Below are positions 16,065-22,505 of a stretch of DNA of 25,541 nucleotides, piece by piece (position 1 is the first letter of the stretch; each line of letters starts with the position of its first letter). The notes under the pieces were generated by a model. That model made no database searches and was not told the DNA's origin. It worked only from the letters and a program-made list of their open reading frames with translations. The translations under genes and the position numbers were made by a program. Origin of the DNA: a virus (lineage: Duplodnaviria; Caudoviricetes); the IMG/VR virus record IMGVR_UViG_3300017987_000334, positions 1 through 25,541 of that record; one strand, given 5' to 3'.

Positions 16065-18332
16065 TTACCCCAATGTATCTAAAATTATTTCTGCGTTGCT
16101 TGTAGCATGATCTGGTATGACACTGGCCATTGTGCAGCGGCAATTAATAGTTTCCGACGCGCCACCGTTTGGATCACGTGGGTACTCTAAAAGCCCACCA
16201 TACTTGTACCCCTTTACTTGTGGCCCTTGCTTCTCAAACGCCGCGTGCTCTTGCCGAGCGTCTGGGTTACTCCCAGCATCTCCAACATGATACCATTGTT
16301 TTTCAACATCACTAAATACTTCACCAAGAACATCATGATTCCACTTAATGCCTTGGCTTATAGAAGTAAGTATCTCGGTTCTTGCCACAGTGAATGCTTG
16401 ACCACTATACTTTTCTTTATACGCGGCCCGAAGATCACCAGCGATTACATCAGCAGTGTCCCCCTTTTCTAGGCCAGAAGCAATTATATCTAGAATTTCA
16501 TTTGTTCTTGTTTGATTGAACCCAAGAAAAGAATCAATCGCACGCTGGACTAAAATAGTGCGCTGCCCATCTGCTTGCTCTTCTCTAAGTAAATCTATAG
16601 CCTGTTGATCGACGTCATTGAACTTTGTTACATATGCCATCCTTTTATTGACGCCTAGTTTTGCAAATTTAATAGTGTCAAATAAAAGAGAAAACGCTTT
16701 TGAATTGCTATTGGCAAAACTAAAACCACGAAGCACAGCATCAGAAAGAGGCTTATTTACAGACTTAACGTACACATCCGTGATCTCATCAATCTTGTTT
16801 CCAAGATACTGTTTTACATCAACCTCATTATTAAGCGCATAAATAGCAAGCCCAAGAATGTAGTCGATATACTTTTTGTACCCTGTAGAATATGTTTTAC
16901 TCAGCTTTGTCTCGAGACGTTCCTGCCCAGACGTTGCTGCATTTTTTATCTTTGCAAAACCATTGTCTTCAATCTTCTTTAAATCTTCTTCAGACGCTTC
17001 AGGAAGACTAAGAGCGCCAGAAAATGGATCAAAACTATTGCCCACCTCAGCAATAAACATATCACCACGTCCATCAGGCAACGGCTCGTAGCCAAGAATA
17101 TCTTCACGTATTTCATCAATGAGCAAGACATCTTTGACAGCTGTTATTTGTTTTCCCTTATTCTCAAGCGTACCTTCAAGAGCAACGACACCAGAAAAAT
17201 CAGGCTCAACATAAATAGCGTCTTTATAAATACCCTTAACCAAATAACTATTATTCCAGCCAGCAGCGACAAATTTAGACAAAGGAGAAACAGTATTTTC
17301 CCAAAAATCTTTGTCTTGGTTATCAGAAGTAGCTCGGTTCACGTCCTCGGTAAGACCAACCTTTGCAGGTGGAATGCCAAGAACAGCTAGAAGAGAATAA
17401 CGATTTTCACGCAGCGTCTCCAGGTGTTGTGCTTCTGTCATGGACAGGCCAGCATTGACCCATTTACCGCCTTTAGGAATAAATACAGTTCTAAACCAGT
17501 TTCGTTTACCAGTATAAAGCTGCTCAAACGTTCGCATGAGCCTTTCTAAACGGGTCTTGCCCATGTCCTCAGTTGTCTCGATGACCCCTGCATTTGTAGC
17601 GCCACGCAGATAGAAAGCCATATTAAATTCATTCATATAGCGATCTAAAAGTACAGGACGGCTGGCTGCAACATACAACGACAATCCATAATATCTGTTG
17701 TACGGGTTTGGGAATTTCCTGTGGATTACCTGCTCATAAGGTATCTCGGCCCGTTTGCCGCAATCGTTGCTGTCATGCACGACAATACTTTGAACCGTTT
17801 TACAGTCTTTGGAAAGTTTAAGCTCAACATCCTCAACAGGAACATGAATACACTCAGTGAATTTTTTATCAAAAACCTGAAAGTAGTTTCCACCAAGAGT
17901 TAAATCAAGATAGCCAGACCAATTCATGGAGAAAGAATCTTGAATACTACTACCACATTCAATTTGCTTTAGAAGTGGGTGGTTTGGGATAACCTCATTT
18001 GTAGTCTTTGATTTCACCACATAGGGAACAGTAGACAACGCTCTTGCAATAAGGCTAGAAGTCGCAAAAACCCATGGCTCTCGCGTGTACGTGCTTTTTA
18101 TCCTGCCAGCTGTTGCTCTGATATTAAATTCAGTACCATAATAATTGCCTTGGCCTTCTTCAATTGCATAGGCATTAAAATCGTTTGCTTTCCCGACGGC
18201 TTCATCAATTGCAGCGTTAAAAAGATTCATAACGTTGCTTTTTACAGCCGCTTCTGAAAGGTCATATTTACTGTTTTCTTTTTTTGTGGGCTCTTGCGAA
18301 GAAGTGTCTGTCTTAGATTTAAAAGGCCACAT
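16065..18332 (-). CDS. Portal protein (HK97 family) fused to a MuF / SPP1 gp7-like minor head domain
   Basis: About aa 60-435 carry portal motifs (LTLGGNYF, IPYEQVIH...P...YYGLS, GIPPAKVG, IDEIREDILGYEPLPDGRGD). The C-terminus has MuF motifs (VARTE, KQW, ARQEH, YPRDPNG...INCRCT). One uninterrupted frame; RBS GAGGTG. Confidence 0.93.
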   Translation of the reverse strand: MWPFKSKTDTSSQEPTKKENSKYDLSEAAVKSNVMNLFNAAIDEAVGKANDFNAYAIEEGQGNYYGTEFNIRATAGRIKSTYTREPWVFATSSLIARALSTVPYVVKSKTTNEVIPNHPLLKQIECGSSIQDSFSMNWSGYLDLTLGGNYFQVFDKKFTECIHVPVEDVELKLSKDCKTVQSIVVHDSNDCGKRAEIPYEQVIHRKFPNPYNRYYGLSLYVAASRPVLLDRYMNEFNMAFYLRGATNAGVIETTEDMGKTRLERLMRTFEQLYTGKRNWFRTVFIPKGGKWVNAGLSMTEAQHLETLRENRYSLLAVLGIPPAKVGLTEDVNRATSDNQDKDFWENTVSPLSKFVAAGWNNSYLVKGIYKDAIYVEPDFSGVVALEGTLENKGKQITAVKDVLLIDEIREDILGYEPLPDGRGDMFIAEVGNSFDPFSGALSLPEASEEDLKKIEDNGFAKIKNAATSGQERLETKLSKTYSTGYKKYIDYILGLAIYALNNEVDVKQYLGNKIDEITDVYVKSVNKPLSDAVLRGFSFANSNSKAFSLLFDTIKFAKLGVNKRMAYVTKFNDVDQQAIDLLREEQADGQRTILVQRAIDSFLGFNQTRTNEILDIIASGLEKGDTADVIAGDLRAAYKEKYSGQAFTVARTEILTSISQGIKWNHDVLGEVFSDVEKQWYHVGDAGSNPDARQEHAAFEKQGPQVKGYKYGGLLEYPRDPNGGASETINCRCTMASVIPDHATSNAEIILDTLG

Positions 18333-18343
18333 AAAAAATCACC

Positions 18344-19750
18344 TCAGTCTAGATCGAAGCTAAAATCATCTGTCTTGTCATCATCAAAGAAGTCATCTTC
18401 TTGACCATCAAAGGCAGCTAGATACTCACCAACATCGTCTTCCTTGTTATTTTCAAAGTCGGCGTTTACTAACTGTTCTAACACTTTATCGGCGTCTTCT
18501 GCTAGCGAAGATTGATAGGCCCCAGATATAGCCAGCATGCCAGCGCTCACAGTATCATCGTGGTCACCGTCTGGTGCAGAGTAGGAGTAAAGCCCTGATT
18601 TTGTTACCTTAACTTCATAACTGCTAAACTCGTGATCTAACTGCTCAATTCTAGGGGCTCTAAGCCAGCTGCGCTCAATTGCCATGGTTGATCTAGATAT
18701 CATCTCTTGCTTTGATTGGTTTGTAAAGTTCACGCCTGTAATACTTGCATCGATGTCAGCCTCGGTTAACATCTCACCAACAGCGTCACCAACGCCAGTC
18801 TTGTCATAGCGTATCGATTTATCCCCTGTGAAAAAAGTCTCCATGTAATGCTTTAACCGCCCCACCTGCGTCTGATAATTGACATGACGCATGCGAGCAT
18901 ACCCGACCATATTACCAACCGAATTTACTGTAAAAAAGACAGAATAATCTCGGTGCTTTGCAATATCCCAGCCTGTGACAGTATCAAAAGATCTTGTGGC
19001 CGCGTCTGGATGTATCCAGAACTTGCACTGAGGGTTCTTTATCTCAAGGGCACTATCCCACATGGTGGAAAGGTCACCAAACACGGTAGAATCTGAAACG
19101 AACATTGCTTGATAGTACTGCTGAAAAAGCGCCGGTGGAAGTAAACGTCTTGCTTGCTCAATCGCTTTTGGATTGACAAAAGGACTATCTTCTGTTCTCA
19201 ATTGGTCCCAGCAATAAAACGGATCTCCAAGCTTGGCTTTTCTAAACTCGTCATAATACCAATTAAACCCGCGAGGCGTGCCTGTAACAATCCCATATCC
19301 TCGCGTCTGCGTAATAGTAGTGAACAAAGAAAACCAAAGCTGCTTTGATTGCTTTCCGCTCTCATCAATAACAAAACGGTCAACAGCTTCACCTTCAATT
19401 ACAACTTCAGAATCTTTACCATGCAGGAATTTTATAAATGAACCGTTTGAAAGGCGTATCTCAAGAGAACCATCAAGGCACTCGGCAAACCCAGGTATAT
19501 CCAGCAAATACTTCAAATACCTGTAGCCAATTTTACACTTCAAGTATGTAGGAGCAATCCAAACGCAAAAACTTCTAGGATTGTTGACAGCCTCAGTAGC
19601 AAGCCAAAGAGCACACGCAAAACTTTTACCGAACTTTGTACCACACGGAGCTATTAGAGCATGCGCTTCAGGATAGGCATACATCCAGTATACAAATATA
19701 GCTTGCGCTTCATGCGGCTTTGGCAAATGAATCTTTATGCGCTTGTTCAT
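18344..19750 (-). CDS. terL: Terminase large subunit
   Basis: LPKPHEAQ adenine-binding motif, Walker A GTKFGKS, Walker B FVIDE, coupling motif TGTP, and RNase H-like nuclease motifs GWDIA...D and HDDTV. Confidence 0.96.
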   Translation of the reverse strand: MNKRIKIHLPKPHEAQAIFVYWMYAYPEAHALIAPCGTKFGKSFACALWLATEAVNNPRSFCVWIAPTYLKCKIGYRYLKYLLDIPGFAECLDGSLEIRLSNGSFIKFLHGKDSEVVIEGEAVDRFVIDESGKQSKQLWFSLFTTITQTRGYGIVTGTPRGFNWYYDEFRKAKLGDPFYCWDQLRTEDSPFVNPKAIEQARRLLPPALFQQYYQAMFVSDSTVFGDLSTMWDSALEIKNPQCKFWIHPDAATRSFDTVTGWDIAKHRDYSVFFTVNSVGNMVGYARMRHVNYQTQVGRLKHYMETFFTGDKSIRYDKTGVGDAVGEMLTEADIDASITGVNFTNQSKQEMISRSTMAIERSWLRAPRIEQLDHEFSSYEVKVTKSGLYSYSAPDGDHDDTVSAGMLAISGAYQSSLAEDADKVLEQLVNADFENNKEDDVGEYLAAFDGQEDDFFDDDKTDDFSFDLD

Positions 19751-20295
19751 TCACCACTAGCCTTAATAAGTTTAGGACGTGAATGCTTAAACTTACCAGC
19801 CTCATTCATCTCCACAACATACTCGACTGGGGCATCAGAAGTATCAGCTGCTTCTTGCGCTTCTTTGGCCTCAAGAAAACGATTCACCTTCTCAATCATT
19901 GCAGCCTTATCAGGTTCTATCCAGTCGCGCCCGAAGCGAACCTTCATATTATAAATCCAAAGAGTATTATTAAAGCCTTTGGTCTTTAATGGGCGCACCT
20001 CTCCGTTGCCATCTAGAAACTCTTTTAGTCCCATGATGCCAGCGGCACCAAGATTCTCCCAGAAAGTAAGGCAACGATCTCGGCCCATTACCCATGCATC
20101 GGAAAATTCTTTATACTTAGAACGCCAAGCATATAAAGTGTCACGGTTTACTTGTATCGTTGACGCAAAAGATTCAAAACTAAGACCCTTTCCCATATGC
20201 TCCAATAAATCTAGACAATAAGATTGGTCATACTTTGTTGGCCTACCTGCCCCAGGTTTATTCTTCCTAACAGCTTTTTTCTTCCGTAAAGCCAA
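19747..20295 (-). CDS. terS: Terminase small subunit
   Basis: GRPTKY followed by an HTH-like GLSFESFASTIQVNRDTLYAW...EFSDA. ATGA overlap with terL. TTG start after AGGTG. Confidence 0.88.
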   Translation of the reverse strand: MALRKKKAVRKNKPGAGRPTKYDQSYCLDLLEHMGKGLSFESFASTIQVNRDTLYAWRSKYKEFSDAWVMGRDRCLTFWENLGAAGIMGLKEFLDGNGEVRPLKTKGFNNTLWIYNMKVRFGRDWIEPDKAAMIEKVNRFLEAKEAQEAADTSDAPVEYVVEMNEAGKFKHSRPKLIKASGE

Positions 20296-20302
20296 GCATC
20301 AC

Positions 20303-20695
20303 CTACTGTACAGCTGGTTCATTGCCCTTGTATCGATTGAACACGTAGCCAACACGAGCGAAATTGCCATTCGTGTCTGCGTCAATATAAATCTTAGTAA
20401 GATCAAACGCCTCATTGCTATCCTTGCGAATAAGATCACCCAAGTACAGTTTCTCGCCAGGTGCGAGAGGCATGCCAGTTGCTGCTGTAACAGTACTATC
20501 ACCAACATAAATATTATTCGTGTTCGTACTATCAGCGTGAATAACAACATGACTTGAATAAAGCGCCGTTGCGCTCAAAGGAACCTCTGTTCCAATTGCA
20601 GTTACGGTAACCTTGGTCACTTTGTACTGAGCAGCTGAAAAACAAAGAGACGCGAACATCAATAGCAGCACACATAAACCAATAACCTTCTTCAT
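20303..20695 (-). CDS. Predicted exported beta-rich protein, possible distant relative of the two in the tail region
   Basis: MKKVIGLCVLLLMFASLCFSA is signal-peptide-like. Core ADSTNTNNIYVGDSTVTAATGMPLAPGE. Its RBS TAGGAG overlaps the upstream stop, and its own stop lies within the terS RBS. Confidence 0.78.
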   Translation of the reverse strand: MKKVIGLCVLLLMFASLCFSAAQYKVTKVTVTAIGTEVPLSATALYSSHVVIHADSTNTNNIYVGDSTVTAATGMPLAPGEKLYLGDLIRKDSNEAFDLTKIYIDADTNGNFARVGYVFNRYKGNEPAVQ

Positions 20696-20704
20696 AAATC
20701 ACTC

Positions 20705-20914
20705 CTATAAATTAGTAGAAATACCATCAACTTTTTTTATAAAATCCTTCGTTAAAGATCTAAGTACATCAGACGCATTGAGCCCAAGCTTTTTAGAGGC
20801 TGCAACAAGTTTCTCTTTAAAAAACTCAGAGTCTCTAAACCCTATAATTACAGTAGGACTATCGTCTGCGATTCTTTTTCTTCCCTGTGGATTTTTTTTC
20901 TGGCTTTTCAACAA
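20705..20914 (-). CDS. Ribbon-helix-helix (Arc/CopG/RelB-like) DNA-binding protein
   Basis: TVIIGFRD strand, FKEKLVAASKKLG helix and LNASDVLRSLTKDFI helix match the RHH pattern. TTG start 9 nt after GGAG. Confidence 0.72.
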   Translation of the reverse strand: MLKSQKKNPQGRKRIADDSPTVIIGFRDSEFFKEKLVAASKKLGLNASDVLRSLTKDFIKKVDGISTNL

Positions 20915-21212
20915 GCTTCAAGTCTCCACGAGCAAAGTCAGTTAAAAAGTAGTACATAATTTGATGCAGATTAGTTAAATGAACCTGCTTAACCTCTGGA
21001 AGCCTAATAAAGCGATTATGCTGCTGTGCCCACCAGCGATCCCACCAACCTGGGTCGATACCAGGCATTTCTTTAAAAGCATCAGATGCAATACTTTTTG
21101 TTACATCTGGCATCTTTTCCCACTGCTTTTTATACCGACTGTGCTTTGCCCATTTATCAAGAGATACTTCAAGTACGGAGCTGAGCCCTTGCAAATCTAA
21201 TGCCATGTTCAT
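20859..21212 (-). CDS. Hypothetical Trp-rich protein, first gene of the packaging/structural cluster
   Basis: 117 aa ORF after AAGGA; overlaps the RHH ORF by 56 bp. No family recognised. Confidence 0.65.
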   Translation of the reverse strand: MNMALDLQGLSSVLEVSLDKWAKHSRYKKQWEKMPDVTKSIASDAFKEMPGIDPGWWDRWWAQQHNRFIRLPEVKQVHLTNLHQIMYYFLTDFARGDLKLVEKPEKKSTGKKKNRRR

Positions 21213-21251
21213 AGAAAAAAAGTCCTTTTCGTTAAACGTAAAGCTAATTTA

Positions 21252-21280
21252 TTTTTAACACCCTCTAAAAGCAGGTGCAA
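21252..21280 (-). promoter_or_regulatory. Possible sigma70-type promoter for the structural operon
   Basis: Minus strand TTGCAC-17 bp (ending TGT)-TAAAAA with an AT-rich upstream tract. The -10 is imperfect; the layout matches the promoter at 25038. Confidence 0.35.
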
Positions 21281-21428
21281 CAATAAAAAATTGCCGCATA
21301 CGCCAGTTGTGTTATTTTCAGGTATGCAAAGTGCAAGCACTTGACCCTATTTATCAAAAAGTATGCCAAAAACGCCGAAAATCAATTATTACCTAAAGAT
21401 TTATTTGCCTCAACTCCAATTATTACCA

Positions 21429-21811
21429 TGTGACGCACCAAAAATGGTGATTATTACGGTAATGGTAATGTAATTCTTGTACATTTATTGTGCATTTGTG
21501 ACACCTTGCTTAAAAATGTGACACCTTTTGTGACGGGCTATTTTTGGCCCGTCACAGCTGTACCCTTACTCTCCCAATGGTTCTAGCGGTTTTGTGCCGT
21601 GTGACACGTTTTTTTCCCCCATAGTAGGTTTTCTTTTCTATTTTCCATTTTTCAATTATTACCATGTGTTTCTCTACCTATTTTCAAAAACTCTTAGATA
21701 TAAAAAAAGGTGTCACATGTCACAAAAGAGAGTAAACCCCTTGGTAGAGTAAGACCACAGCTGTGACACGTTGTGTGACACGTTCACTTTTTGTGACACG
21801 TACGTGTCACA
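21429..21811. repeat. Iteron array with long inverted arms around an AT-rich core; probable replication origin
   Basis: 12 TGTGAC hexamers (8 forward, 4 inverted), 8 of them full TGTGACAC octamers. Imperfect inverted arms at 21551-21615 and 21702-21767. Non-coding, ~700 bp downstream of the primase-helicase gene. Confidence 0.8.
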
Positions 21812-21975
21812 CAATTCAAGGGCCCTCGAGCCCTCGAGCCCCAAAACTGCAAGCACTTTTCCCACCTTTTACGGCAAAAAAAGCACTTGGTATTTTGCAT
21901 CAATTTTATTGTTATTTATTGGCCTCGGGCCGTGGCCCAATATTGTATAACAAGATTATTACACATGGTAATACA

Positions 21976-22281
21976 TTACACTGCTTTAGCTCGTCTATTT
22001 TTTCTTCCTTCAATCTGTATAACATTGTCTTGTTTAAATTGAAGGCACTCATGGCACAGATGATATTCTTGAATCGAGAGCTGTTCTTTTAATTTATCGC
22101 ACTTGTTTCTAAACGCGCTCCAAGCCTTGTAGTCTTTTTTCTTTTCTGGGTAGCTTGGGTAATTGACCGTGAGCCGTGGTTTAATCACTCCCCAGCCAAC
22201 TGGTGGTTTCTTCGATTGTCCTTCTACTACGAAAGACTCCCCACATATGTTGCATGTATATGTTGTTCGTACAGCCATCAC
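21976..22281 (-). CDS. Small putative zinc-binding protein
   Basis: TYTCNICG...HLCHEC gives two CxxC pairs. ATGA overlap with the upstream gene and a purine-rich RBS. Confidence 0.7.
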   Translation of the reverse strand: MMAVRTTYTCNICGESFVVEGQSKKPPVGWGVIKPRLTVNYPSYPEKKKDYKAWSAFRNKCDKLKEQLSIQEYHLCHECLQFKQDNVIQIEGRKNRRAKAV

Positions 22282-22505
22282 TTCCCCTTCTCTGGCGCAT
22301 AAAGCACTTCATCGTTACAGAAAAGGTTTCCCATAACAAATTTTTGAATACCCCATGGTTTAGCGCACGCGTTATCATCTCGCATACTATGGGGCATACC
22401 GCGAATGAAGCTTATGAGCAGGCTGGCCAAGAGCCATACCACTAAGACGCCTAAAAGCTTTCTACCAACTGATTCAAAATAGTCGAGTACTTCTTTTCTT
22501 CTCAT
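22278..22505 (-). CDS. Small single-pass membrane protein
   Basis: One hydrophobic segment (LLGVLVVWLLASLLISFI) after basic residues and two Cys in the C-terminal part. ATGA overlaps on both sides. Confidence 0.65.
   Translation of the reverse strand: MRRKEVLDYFESVGRKLLGVLVVWLLASLLISFIRGMPHSMRDDNACAKPWGIQKFVMGNLFCNDEVLYAPEKGK

Noticed and set aside
21551-21767. Inverted arms as a MITE or IS remnant
   Set aside because: The arms are built from the same iteron that continues outside them. No transposase or clear target-site duplication.
21429-21811. Repeats as a CRISPR array or CRP boxes
   Set aside because: Units are 6-8 bp, irregularly spaced and in both orientations. TGTGA/TCACA half-sites are 10 or 18 bp apart, not the 6 bp of a CRP site. 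No cas genes are present.
21763-22092. 109 aa plus-strand ORF (MTRCVTRSLFVTRTCH...)
   Set aside because: Its start is just the translation of the TGTGACAC iterons, and it overlaps the zinc-finger gene on the other strand.
22310-22330. LFCND in the 75 aa membrane protein echoing the CND motif of the exported paralogues
   Set aside because: A three-residue match with no flanking similarity; chance.
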